Below are positions 19,020 through 28,182 of a stretch of 44,988 bases of DNA, piece by piece. A model generated the notes under the pieces. The model had not been told where the DNA came from, searched no databases, and saw nothing but the letters and a program-made list of their open reading frames with translations. Each line of letters starts with the position of its first letter. Position 1 is the first letter of the stretch. Made by a program: the position numbers and the translations under genes. This DNA is from Variovorax sp. (lineage in GTDB: Bacteria > Pseudomonadota > Gammaproteobacteria > Burkholderiales > Burkholderiaceae_C): the NCBI GenBank assembly GCA_004211245.1, contig SEGN01000023.1:1-44988 (forward strand), in the 5' to 3' direction.

Positions 19020-20034
19020 TTAGCTTTTTTGGGCGATGAACCGGCGCAAGCGCGTCACAAGATCGTCCTGCGCGAGCAACCGCGCCCGCGCAGCCCGTGT
19101 CGCGGCGGCCCATTCGGCCAGGGTTTCGTCGTCCAGACAGGGCAGGGCGCCCGGCACGAGGCCGTTCCAGATCCGGTGGAAAAGGCGCAGCGAAGGCGGC
19201 GCTTCGAACCATTCGAGAAACGCTTCGAGCTTGACGTGGTGCACGTCGTCGTCCTGCGGATAGATTTGCCAGACCAGCGGCGCGCCGGCCCACAGCGCGC
19301 GCACCAGCGAATCCTCGCCGCGCACGAAGTTCAGGTCGCCGCTCCAGAGGAGTTCGTCGAAGCCCGCCTGCGGCAGCGGCCGCAGCCATTCCAGCGCCAG
19401 CGCATCGCCCGCAATGGGCGAAGCCGCACGCACGGCCGCGGCGGCGCGGCCCGGCGTCACGAGCAGGCGCGTCGGCGTGCTGCCCGCAGCGAGCGTTGCG
19501 AGCAGCGCGGGAAGGGCCGGCGGTTCATAGCAGAACAGCGTCAGCAGGCGTTCGCCGTGCCATTCGATGCCCTGTGCGGCGAGCCATGCAGCGCGATCGA
19601 ACCCGGCGCGTGCTCCGTCCAGACCGGCCTCGCGCAACAGGCCCCCGGTTCGGTCGGTGAAGCCGGGATAGAAGAAGTGCTTGGTCAGCCCCTCGCCGGG
19701 GCCGCGGAACACGGTGGAGGGCAAGCCGTGCAGGCGCTCCACGCAGGGCTCGGCCGAGAGGTATTCGAGATTGATCCAGGCGCCGGGGTGGAGGGCAAAG
19801 CGTGCGATCAGTTCAGGCGCGGGGTCGCAACCGAACGCCTCGACCAGAACCTGCGGCGCGCCGGCGCCCGCGGCACGGTGCACCGCTGCCGGGTTTCCCC
19901 AGTCGACCAGCTCGATGCCCCGGTGGCCGGCCGGCGCCATCCATTGCAGCGCCGCCGCATCGTCGACCCAGAGGCGCACCGCGTCGCCTTGTGTCGCCAA
20001 TTGACGGGCGAGCCGCCAGCAGACCCCGAGATCG
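19020..20034 (-). pseudogene. earP: EF-P arginine rhamnosyltransferase EarP, 5'-truncated
   Basis: [28 protein letters not shown]...[25 protein letters not shown]. The expected N-terminal W-D-I-F-C-x-V-x-D-N-x-G segment and a canonical start are absent; the frame runs directly into antisense uvrC. Confidence 0.85.
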
Positions 20035-21824
20035 GCCACATGATCAGCAAGATCGTGCGCATGGAGACGACGGTGGTGCGCTCCGAGGCCGAGGCGCTGC
20101 TGCTCGAGAACAACCTCATCAAGTCGCTCAAGCCGCGCTACAACATCCTGTTTCGCGACGACAAGAGCTACCCCTATCTGAAGATCGCCTCGCACACTTT
20201 CCCGCGGCTGGCCTATTACCGGGGCGCGACCGACCGCAAGCACCGCTACTTCGGGCCGTACCCGAGCGCCTGGGCTGTCAAGGAATCGATCCAGCTGCTG
20301 CAGAAGGTGTTCAAGCTGCGCACCTGCGAAGACACGGTGTACGCCAACCGCACGCGGCCCTGCCTGCTGTACCAGATCAAGCGCTGCACCGGGCCGTGCG
20401 TCGGCTACATCGCACCCGAGGCCTATGCGCAGGACGTGGCGAACGCGGAGGCCTTCCTGAACGGCGACACGCACATCGTGCTGCGCACGCTCGAGGACCG
20501 GATGACCGCGCACGCCGAGCGGCTCGAGTTCGAGCAGGCCGCCGAGTTGCGCAACCAGATGTCGGCGCTTTCGCGCGTGCTGCACCAGCAGTCGATCGAG
20601 ATCGCGTCGGACAAGGACGTCGACATCCTCGCGGTCAAGGTGCAGGGCGGCAAGGCCTGCGTCAACCTGGCGATGGTGCGCGGCGGCCGGCATCTGGGCG
20701 ACCGGGCCTACTTCCCGGTGCACGTGGAGGATGCAGCGCAGATGCATCACGGCGAGGCGGAAGACGTCGCCGAGGGCGCCCCGCCTGTGGTGCTCGACCC
20801 GATCGAGGTGCAGGTGCTCGAAGCCTTCATCGCGCAGCACTACATCGACGTACCGGTGCCGGCCACGCTGGTGCTGAGCGAGCCGGTGAGCCGGGAACTG
20901 ATCGAGGCGGTGGCGCAGCAGGCCGGCATCCGGATCACGGCCGTGTTCCAGCCGCGCGAGCAGCGTCGGCACTGGCTGGAAATGGCGCAGACCAATGCCG
21001 GACTGCAGCTCGCGCGTCTGCTGGCCGAAGAGGGTTCGCAACAGGCCCGCACGCGCGCACTGGTGGACGCGCTGGAACTGGCCCCCGACGATCTCGACAG
21101 TCTGCGCATCGAATGTTTCGACATCTCCCATACCGCCGGCGAAGCCACGCAGGCCTCGTGCGTGGTGTTCGAGCACCATGCGATGCAGAACCGCGAGTAC
21201 CGCCGCTACAACATCGAAGGCATCACGCCGGGCGACGACTATGCGGCGATGCGGCAGGTCCTGACGCGCCGCTATGCACGGCTGGCCGAGGCGATGGCCG
21301 CGGAGACCGACGCACCCACGCCCGGGGATGCCGACGGCGCCGGCGCCGACGCCCCGGCGAACACGAAGGCATCGCGCATGCCCGATCTGGTGCTGGTCGA
21401 CGGCGGCAAGGGTCAGGTGTCGATGGCGCGCGAGGTGTTCGGCGAACTGGGACTGCCGCTGTCGTTGATCGTCGGCGTCGAGAAAGGCGAGGGCCGCAAG
21501 GTCGGCCTCGAAGAGCTCGTGTTCGCCGATGGCCGCGACAAGGTCTACCTGGGCCGCGATTCGGCAGCGCTCATGCTGGTGGCACAGATCCGCGACGAGG
21601 CGCACCGCTTCGCGATCACCGGCATGCGCGCCAAGCGGGCCAAGGTGCGCGTCGGTGGCAGCCAGCTCGAAGACATTCCGGGCATCGGGCCGAAACGGCG
21701 CGCGCGTCTGCTGCAGCGTTTCGGCGGCATCCGCGGCGTCGCGGCCGCGAGCGTCGAAGATATCGCGTCGGTCGACGGCATCGCGGCCGACCTTGCGGAA
21801 GAGATCTACAAGGCCCTCCACTGA
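20031..21824 (+). pseudogene. uvrC: Excinuclease ABC subunit C, 5'-truncated (first half of the GIY-YIG domain missing)
   Basis: [13 protein letters not shown]...[42 protein letters not shown], HhH IPGIGPKR. No GVY...YVGKA...KRV segment; first available ATG is at 20040. Confidence 0.88.
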
Positions 21825-21844
21825 ACCACGTCACAATCGGTCGC

Positions 21845-22411
21845 ATGTTCTGGACGCTTCCCACCATCATGACCTGGACGCGCATCGTCGCGATCCCTCT
21901 CATCGTGGGCGTGTTCTACCTGCCGCTCGACGCGCCGACGCGCAACTGGATCGCCACGGTGATGTTCATCGTGTTCGCAGCCACCGACTGGCTCGACGGC
22001 TTCCTGGCGCGCAAGCTGAACCAGACGTCGGCCTTCGGCGCCTTTCTCGACCCGGTGGCCGACAAGTTCCTGGTGTGCGCCTCGCTGCTGGTGCTGGTGC
22101 ATCTGCAGCGCGCCGATGTCTTCGTGGCGCTCATCATCATCGGCCGCGAGATCGCGATCTCGGCACTGCGTGAATGGATGGCGCAGATCGGCGCCGGCAA
22201 GAGCGTGGCCGTGCACATGATCGGCAAGGTCAAGACCGTGGTGCAGATGGTGGCCATCCCTTTCCTGTTGTTCGACGGCGTGCTGTTCAAGGTGATCGAC
22301 ACCGGCCGCTGGGGTCAGTGGCTGATCTGGCTCTCGGCCGTGCTCACGGTGTGGTCGATGGTCTACTACCTGCAGAAGGCCATTCCGGAGATCCGGGCCA
22401 AGGCCAAATGA
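21845..22411 (+). CDS. pgsA: CDP-diacylglycerol--glycerol-3-phosphate 3-phosphatidyltransferase
   Basis: TDWLDGFLAR...FGAFLDPVADK; follows uvrC as usual. Confidence 0.96.
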   Translation: MFWTLPTIMTWTRIVAIPLIVGVFYLPLDAPTRNWIATVMFIVFAATDWLDGFLARKLNQTSAFGAFLDPVADKFLVCASLLVLVHLQRADVFVALIIIGREIAISALREWMAQIGAGKSVAVHMIGKVKTVVQMVAIPFLLFDGVLFKVIDTGRWGQWLIWLSAVLTVWSMVYYLQKAIPEIRAKAK

Positions 22412-22457
22412 CGGCACGGCGCCGCCGCCTGGCTGGCAGGCCGCGGTCGCTTCCGGA

Positions 22458-23435
22458 CTAGCCTCTGCGCGGACGCGGCCGGGGGGCCGGCACCTTCGGA
22501 TCGGCCTTCCACGGTTCGCTGCGAAATGCGTTCACCAGAAAGTCGATCAGAAGCCGCACACGGCGCGGCGTCTTCGGGCGCCAGGGGGCGACCCAGTGGA
22601 TGTCGGCATCGGGCATCGCGTAGTGCGGCAGCACCCGCACCAACTCGCCCGAAGCGAGTTGCGGCGCGATGTCCCAGAGGCTGCGCAACATGATGCCGCG
22701 CCCATCCAGACACCAGTCGCGCACCATCTCGCCCGAGTTGCTGGCGAGCACGCCTTTCATGCGGATGCGCGCTGTGCTTGCGTCGCGCGCGTGCCGCAGT
22801 GTCCATAAGTCGAAGGGCCTCGGCGACGTGCCACCGTTTTCGCGCGCCACCAGCGCGTCGTGCGCGGCCAGCGCCGAAAGATCGCCCGGCGTGCCGCGCC
22901 GCTCCAGGTAGGCGGGCGATGCGGCCAGCACGCGCTGGTTGCGGGCGATCCGCCTTGTGACCCAGTCGCTTGCGTGCCGGTTCTGCACACTCCAGAGCCA
23001 CACCGCACCGTCGAAACCCTCGGCGCCGAGATCGGGCAACTGCTCCGTCAGCTGCAGTTCGATCTGCAGGGCGGGGTGTTCTGCCTGGAAGGCCGCGAGC
23101 ACCGGCCCGACCCAGCGCCGGCCGAAGCCGAACGTGGCCGCCAATCGCAGCGTGCCGCTCAGGGCATCCTGTCGCTCGGCCATCTCGGCTTCGAGCGCGG
23201 CGAAGCCGCCGAGAAGTTCGTCGGCATGCAGGCACAGCGCCTCGCCTTCGCCGGTGAGGCTCAGCCGCCGCGTGGTGCGCTCGAAGAGGCGCTGTCCGAG
23301 TTGCGCCTCCAGCGCGCCAAGCCGCTTGGTCACGACCGAAGGCACCACCCCGAGCGATAGTGCCGCTGCGGCCAGACTGCCCTGCGATCGAATGGCTTGC
23401 ATCAGCTCCAGGTCGTTGCGATCAATTCGTGCCAT
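22458..23435 (-). CDS. LysR family regulator (DmlR/CrgA-like)
   Basis: HTH GSLAAAA...VTKRLGALEAQLGQRLFERTTRRLSLT; start 23435 or 23459. Confidence 0.9.
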   Translation of the reverse strand: MARIDRNDLELMQAIRSQGSLAAAALSLGVVPSVVTKRLGALEAQLGQRLFERTTRRLSLTGEGEALCLHADELLGGFAALEAEMAERQDALSGTLRLAATFGFGRRWVGPVLAAFQAEHPALQIELQLTEQLPDLGAEGFDGAVWLWSVQNRHASDWVTRRIARNQRVLAASPAYLERRGTPGDLSALAAHDALVARENGGTSPRPFDLWTLRHARDASTARIRMKGVLASNSGEMVRDWCLDGRGIMLRSLWDIAPQLASGELVRVLPHYAMPDADIHWVAPWRPKTPRRVRLLIDFLVNAFRSEPWKADPKVPAPRPRPRRG

Positions 23436-23500
23436 CAGGGAAATTATGAGTTGGCGCATTGTTGCTTGATGCCGTTCCCTGCGCAACGCACAATCGGCGC

Positions 23501-24379
23501 GTGCTCGATTCGTTCACCCCCTTCAATGTGCAGCGCGGTCCGGTTCGGCTGCACGGCCGCATCGGCGGCCGGGGCGCACCGCTGCTGCTTCTGCACGGCC
23601 ATCCCCAGACGCATGCGATCTGGCATCGCGTGGCGCCATTGCTTGCAGCGCACTTCACGCTGGTGATGATGGACCTGCGCGGCTACGGTGATTCGGACCG
23701 GCCGCAAGGCGGCGGCGATCATGTCGCCTACAGCAAGCGTGAAATGGCGCTCGACGCGCTGGCCGTGATGCAACACCACGGCTTTGCGCAGTTCGGCGTG
23801 CTGGCGCACGACCGCGGCGCACGTGTCGGGCACCGGCTCGCAGCCGACCATCCCGCAGCAGTCAGTCGCCTCCTGTTGCTGGACATCGCGCCCACGCTGG
23901 CGATGTACCGTGACACCAGCGAAGCCTTCGCACGCGCCTATTGGCACTGGTTCTTCCTGGTCCAGCCGCCTCCGCTGCCGGAAGCCCTGATCGCCTCCGA
24001 CCCGTCGCGCTACGTGCGCAGCGTGATGGGCGGCCGCCATGCCGGACTTTCACCCTTCACACCCGAAGCACTGGCCGAGTACGAGCGCTGCGCCGCCATC
24101 GAGGGCACGGCGCAAGCGATCTGCGAGGACTACCGCGCTTCGGCCTCGATCGATCTCGACCACGACCGGGCCGACATCGCTGCCGGTCGGCTCCTCACCC
24201 AACCACTGCAGGTGCTGTGGGGCGCCCATGGCGCGGTTGGACGCTGCTTCGACGTGCTCGCACTGTGGCGCGAGCGAGCACTGCACGTGACCGGCCGATC
24301 CGTGCCGTGCGGACATTACCTGCCCGAAGAAGCACCCCGGCAAGTCGCCGAAGCGGCCCTGCCTTTCTTTTCATCCTGA
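23501..24379 (+). CDS. Alpha/beta hydrolase, fluoroacetate dehalogenase-like
   Basis: HGHPQTH, HDRGARV, LDIAPT, YWHWFF, CEDYRA, GHYLPEE; GTG start assumed. Confidence 0.85.
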   Translation: MLDSFTPFNVQRGPVRLHGRIGGRGAPLLLLHGHPQTHAIWHRVAPLLAAHFTLVMMDLRGYGDSDRPQGGGDHVAYSKREMALDALAVMQHHGFAQFGVLAHDRGARVGHRLAADHPAAVSRLLLLDIAPTLAMYRDTSEAFARAYWHWFFLVQPPPLPEALIASDPSRYVRSVMGGRHAGLSPFTPEALAEYERCAAIEGTAQAICEDYRASASIDLDHDRADIAAGRLLTQPLQVLWGAHGAVGRCFDVLALWRERALHVTGRSVPCGHYLPEEAPRQVAEAALPFFSS

Positions 24380-24396
24380 CCCGGAGACACCACCCC

Positions 24397-25482
24397 ATGA
24401 GCACCCAACGAATCGCAGTCATCGCAGGCGACGGCATCGGCAAGGAAACCATGCCCGAAGGCATCCGCGTGCTGGACGCGGCCGCGCGCAAGTTCGGCAT
24501 CGATCTGAAGTTCGATCACTTCGACTTCTCGAGCTGGGACTATTGCGAGAAGCACGGCAAGATGCTGCCCGACAACTGGAAGGACCAGATCGGCGGGCAC
24601 GATGCCGTCTTTTTCGGTGCGGTCGGCTGGCCCGAGAAGATTCCCGATCATGTCTCGCTCTGGGGCTCGCTGCTGTTGTTCCGCCGCGAGTTCGACCAGT
24701 ACATCAACCTGCGTCCCGCACGCCTGATGCCCGGCATCGTCGCGCCCGTGGTGCGGCGTGACGGCTCTCCGCGCCTGCCCGGCGAGATCGACATGTACAT
24801 CGTTCGCGAGAACACCGAAGGCGAGTACTCGAGCATCGGCGGGCGCATGTACGAGGGCACGCCGCGCGAGATCGTGGTGCAGGAAACGGTGATGTCGCGC
24901 ATCGGCGTCGACCGCGTGCTGAAGTTCGCGTTCGAACTCGCGCAGTCGCGGCCGAAGAAGCATCTGACGAGCGCGACCAAGTCGAACGGCATCTCGATCA
25001 CCATGCCGTACTGGGACGAGCGCGTGGCGGCCATGGCGAAGAACTATCCCGACATCGCACTCGACAAGTTCCACATCGACATCCTCACCGCGCACTTCGT
25101 GCAGCGGCCCGACTTCTTCGACGTGGTCGTCGCGAGCAACCTGTTCGGCGACATCCTGTCCGACCTCGGACCGGCCTGCACGGGAACCATCGGCATCGCG
25201 CCGAGTGCCAACCTGAATCCGGAGCGCACCACGCCTTCGCTGTTCGAGCCGGTGCACGGGTCGGCACCCGACATTGCGGGCAGGGGCATCGCAAATCCGA
25301 TCGGGCAAATCTGGTGTGGCGCAATGATGCTGGAGTTTCTGGGCCACAAGGCTGCACACGATGCGATCCTGGGCGCGATCGAGACTGTTCTCGCACCCGC
25401 CAGCGGCGCCCCCCGCACGCCCGACATCGGTGGGACCGCCGGCACGATCGATCTCGGAAGGGCGATCGCCGCGGCGCTTTGA
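24397..25482 (+). CDS. Tartrate dehydrogenase / D-malate dehydrogenase (decarboxylating)
   Basis: GDGIGKE, RENTEGEY, SATKSNGI, NLFGDILSD, FEPVHGSAPDIAG; RBS GGAG. Confidence 0.92.
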   Translation: MSTQRIAVIAGDGIGKETMPEGIRVLDAAARKFGIDLKFDHFDFSSWDYCEKHGKMLPDNWKDQIGGHDAVFFGAVGWPEKIPDHVSLWGSLLLFRREFDQYINLRPARLMPGIVAPVVRRDGSPRLPGEIDMYIVRENTEGEYSSIGGRMYEGTPREIVVQETVMSRIGVDRVLKFAFELAQSRPKKHLTSATKSNGISITMPYWDERVAAMAKNYPDIALDKFHIDILTAHFVQRPDFFDVVVASNLFGDILSDLGPACTGTIGIAPSANLNPERTTPSLFEPVHGSAPDIAGRGIANPIGQIWCGAMMLEFLGHKAAHDAILGAIETVLAPASGAPRTPDIGGTAGTIDLGRAIAAAL

Positions 25483-25546
25483 AGAGGAGTTCACGAAACG
25501 CCTCTAAAATCTCCGGGTTCGCTGTGCCCAACGGCCGCGTGTCGTA

Positions 25547-25575
25547 TTGACACCCTGTGGGCCAGTGGCTTTAAT
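25547..25575 (+). promoter_or_regulatory. Sigma70 promoter for hupB
   Basis: TTGACA-17 bp-TTTAAT. Confidence 0.7.
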
Positions 25576-25707
25576 CCCTGTCGGCAGTGCGCTGCCGACG
25601 CGCCGAGACTGCCATCCTTCCACCCACCGCGCCGCAGGCACCATCCCGGGGTCGGTCATGCAGTCGGCGTTGCACCCGATCAACTTTTTTTTCGACAAGA
25701 GGCCCTT

Positions 25708-25980
25708 GTGAACAAGACCGAACTCATAGAGCACATCGCGAAGAACGCCGACATTTCCAAGGCTGCTGCGACGCGCGCGCTGGAATCCACCATTGGCGCG
25801 ATTCGCACCACACTGAAGAAAGGCAACTCGGTGTCGCTCGTCGGTTTCGGTACTTTTGCAGTGGGCAAGCGCGCCGCCCGCACCGGTCGCAATCCGCGCA
25901 CCGGCGCAGCGATTAAAATCAAGGCCGCCAAGATCCCGAAGTTCCGTCCCGGCAAGGCGTTGAAAGACGCGCTGAACTGA
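25708..25980 (+). CDS. hupB: DNA-binding protein HU
   Basis: [11 protein letters not shown]...GFGTF...RTGRNPRTG...FRPGKALK; GTG start, RBS GAGG. Confidence 0.96.
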   Translation: MNKTELIEHIAKNADISKAAATRALESTIGAIRTTLKKGNSVSLVGFGTFAVGKRAARTGRNPRTGAAIKIKAAKIPKFRPGKALKDALN

Positions 25981-25998
25981 GACAATGGTTGTCCGGTG

Positions 25999-26074
25999 GG
26001 GTGCTTAGCTCAGCTGGTAGAGCGGCGCCCTTACAAGGCGTAGGTCGGGGGTTCGAGCCCCTCAGCACCCACCA
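25999..26074 (+). tRNA. tRNA-Val (TAC)
   Basis: GGGTGCT/AGCACCC acceptor stem, AGCTCAGCTGGTAGAGC D-arm, TTACA anticodon loop, GGTTCGA, encoded CCA. Confidence 0.96.
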
Positions 26075-26082
26075 ACCGATGC

Positions 26083-26110
26083 AAAGGCGAACACGTTGTT
26101 CGCCTTTTTT
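26083..26110 (+). terminator. Terminator after tRNA-Val
   Basis: AAAGGCGAAC-ACGTT-GTTCGCCTTT plus T-tract. Confidence 0.8.
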
Positions 26111-26113
26111 GTT

Positions 26114-27964
26114 GTGATCATTCCCTCGTTCGTGCTTTTCGGTCTGGAGGGCTACAACCGGGGCGAAGGCAAGGGCGAGAAGGTCGCCCATGTCGATGGC
26201 CGCGACATCACGCGACCCGAATGGGACCAGCAGCATCGCAGCGAGGTCGACCGCATTCGCCAGCAATCGCCGAGCATCGATGCCGCGCTGCTGGACACCG
26301 ACGCCGCGCGCTACGCCACACTCGAACGCATGGTGCGCGACCGTGTCTTGCAGGCTGCCGCCGGCAAGACGCACATGACCGTGTCGGAGGACAAACTCGC
26401 GCGCATCTTCGCGCAGGACCAGGGGCTGGCCGCATTCCGGGGTGCCGATGGCAAGTTCGACCGCGAACTGTTCCAGCGCACGACGCAACAGACGCCGGAG
26501 CAGTATGAAGCCTCTATCCGGGCGCAGCTCGCCACCCAGCAGGTGCTGCAGGGCATTTCCGGTTCCGCTTTTGCCAGCAAGGCGCAAGCCGACGCCACCA
26601 TCAACGCGTTCTACGATCGGCGCGAAGTACAGGTGGCACGTTTTCCCACGGCTGATTTCAACGACAAGGTCACTGTCAGCGATGCGGACGTCGAAACCTA
26701 CTACAAGGATCACGCAGCACAGTTCCAGGCGCCGGAGCAGGCGACCGTCGAATACATCGTGCTCGACCTGGACGCGGTGAAAAAGAACATCGCGGTCAAC
26801 GAAGGCGATGTCAAGACCTACTACGAACAGAACAAGTCTCGCTTCGGAACGAAGGAAGAACGCCGCGCGAGCCATATCCTGCTCACGGCGCCGGCCAGTG
26901 CCCCCGCTGCCGAGCGCGCAAAGGCCAAGGCCCGTGCCGAGCAACTGCTGGCCGACGTGAAGAAGTCGCCGGCGAGCTTTGCAGAGATTGCGCGCAAGAA
27001 CTCCCAGGACCCGGGGTCTGCGGAAAAGGGCGGAGACCTTGACTTCGTCACCCGCGGTGCCATGGTCAAGCCTTTCGAAGATGCGATGTTCGCCCTCCGC
27101 AAGGGCGAGATCAGCCCGGTGGTGGAGACCGAATTCGGCTACCACATCATCCATCTGGTGGACATCAAACCGGAACAGGTGCCGGCCTTCGAGCAGGTGC
27201 GTGCGCGCATCGAAGACGAGGTGCGAGCGCAACAGGCCACGCAAGAGTTTGCCAAGGCCGCCGAGAGCTTCACCGACCTCGTCTACCAGCAGCCTGACAG
27301 CCTGCAGCCCGCTGCCGACAAGCTCAAGCTGAAGATCCAGACCGCATCCAATGTCGGTCGCACGCCGGCATCCGGTGCCACGGGCGCACTCGCCAACCGC
27401 ACTTTCCTGAGCGCTCTTTTCGCGCCGGAATCCCTGGAGCGCAAGCACAACACCGAAGCGATCGAGGTCGGGGCGAGCCAGCTCGCGTCGGGGCGCGTCA
27501 CGAAGTACGCGGCGGCGCGCACATTGCCGCTGGCAGAAGTGAAGGACAAGGCGCGCAGCTTGCTGGTGGCCGAGCGGGCGGCTGCGCTGGCCAAAGCGGA
27601 AGGCGAAGCGCGACTCAAGGCCTGGCAGGCCGACGCCGCTGGCGCCAGGCTCGCCACGCCGGTGACGGTTTCGCGTCTGGAGCCCCAATCGTTGCCGGCA
27701 CCGGTGATCGAAAGCGCGTTGCGCGCCGACATCGACAAACTGCCGGCCTGGACGGGCGTCGATCTCGGGGCGCAAGGTTACGCGGTGGTGCGCGTCAACA
27801 AGGTCGTTCCGCGCGCGCCGGCCACGCCGGACGTCGCGCAGCAGGAGGCGGGACAGTACGCGCAAGTCATCGCTGCGGCCGAGAACGCAGCCTATTACGA
27901 CCTGCTCAAGCAAAGGTTCAAGGCCGAGATTCTGGTGCCGCGCCCGGCCGAGCCAACTCGCTAG
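26114..27964 (+). CDS. ppiD: PpiD-like peptidyl-prolyl isomerase (SurA N-terminal domain + rotamase), apparently lacking its native start
   Basis: IIPSFVLFG, RRASHILL, SQDPGSAEKGGDL, ETEFGYHII; the only upstream start (TTG 26096) lies inside the terminator hairpin with no RBS. Confidence 0.85.
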   Translation: MIIPSFVLFGLEGYNRGEGKGEKVAHVDGRDITRPEWDQQHRSEVDRIRQQSPSIDAALLDTDAARYATLERMVRDRVLQAAAGKTHMTVSEDKLARIFAQDQGLAAFRGADGKFDRELFQRTTQQTPEQYEASIRAQLATQQVLQGISGSAFASKAQADATINAFYDRREVQVARFPTADFNDKVTVSDADVETYYKDHAAQFQAPEQATVEYIVLDLDAVKKNIAVNEGDVKTYYEQNKSRFGTKEERRASHILLTAPASAPAAERAKAKARAEQLLADVKKSPASFAEIARKNSQDPGSAEKGGDLDFVTRGAMVKPFEDAMFALRKGEISPVVETEFGYHIIHLVDIKPEQVPAFEQVRARIEDEVRAQQATQEFAKAAESFTDLVYQQPDSLQPAADKLKLKIQTASNVGRTPASGATGALANRTFLSALFAPESLERKHNTEAIEVGASQLASGRVTKYAAARTLPLAEVKDKARSLLVAERAAALAKAEGEARLKAWQADAAGARLATPVTVSRLEPQSLPAPVIESALRADIDKLPAWTGVDLGAQGYAVVRVNKVVPRAPATPDVAQQEAGQYAQVIAAAENAAYYDLLKQRFKAEILVPRPAEPTR

Positions 27965-27993
27965 TTTTTGACGCTACAATCGAAAGCTTCTTT

Positions 27994-28070
27994 GGTGGCT
28001 GTAGCTCAGCTGGTAGAGTCCCAGATTGTGATTCTGGTCGTCGTGGGTTCGAGTCCCATCAGCCACCCCA
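27994..28070 (+). tRNA. tRNA-His (GTG)
   Basis: G-1 plus GTGGCTG/CAGCCAC stem, TTGTGAT anticodon loop, GGTTCGA, encoded CCA; TACAAT -10 box at 27975. Confidence 0.96.
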
Positions 28071-28079
28071 AAACATTTG

Positions 28080-28114
28080 AAACGCGCCGGTTGCTCTGAC
28101 CGGCGCGTTTTTTT
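28080..28114 (+). terminator. Terminator after tRNA-His
   Basis: AAACGCGCCGGT...ACCGGCGCGTTT plus T-tract. Confidence 0.85.
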
Positions 28115-28182
28115 ATGTCTTGTCTCTGGAAGGGAATTGTTTCTGAATTAGAATTTTTGCTTTCAATTCCGGGAAAGCAGCG

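Noticed and set aside
19990-20080. Phase-variable inversion or excised element as the cause of the earP|uvrC junction
   Set aside because: No inverted repeats or recombinase are present, and the missing N-termini are not found elsewhere in the window. It cannot be excluded from this window alone, but nothing supports it.
19020-21824. Two fully overlapping 930-aa ORFs read as novel EarP- or UvrC-fusion proteins
   Set aside because: Each is a real gene remnant plus the stop-free antisense frame of the other gene. Such frames are common at high GC, and the extensions have no recognisable features.
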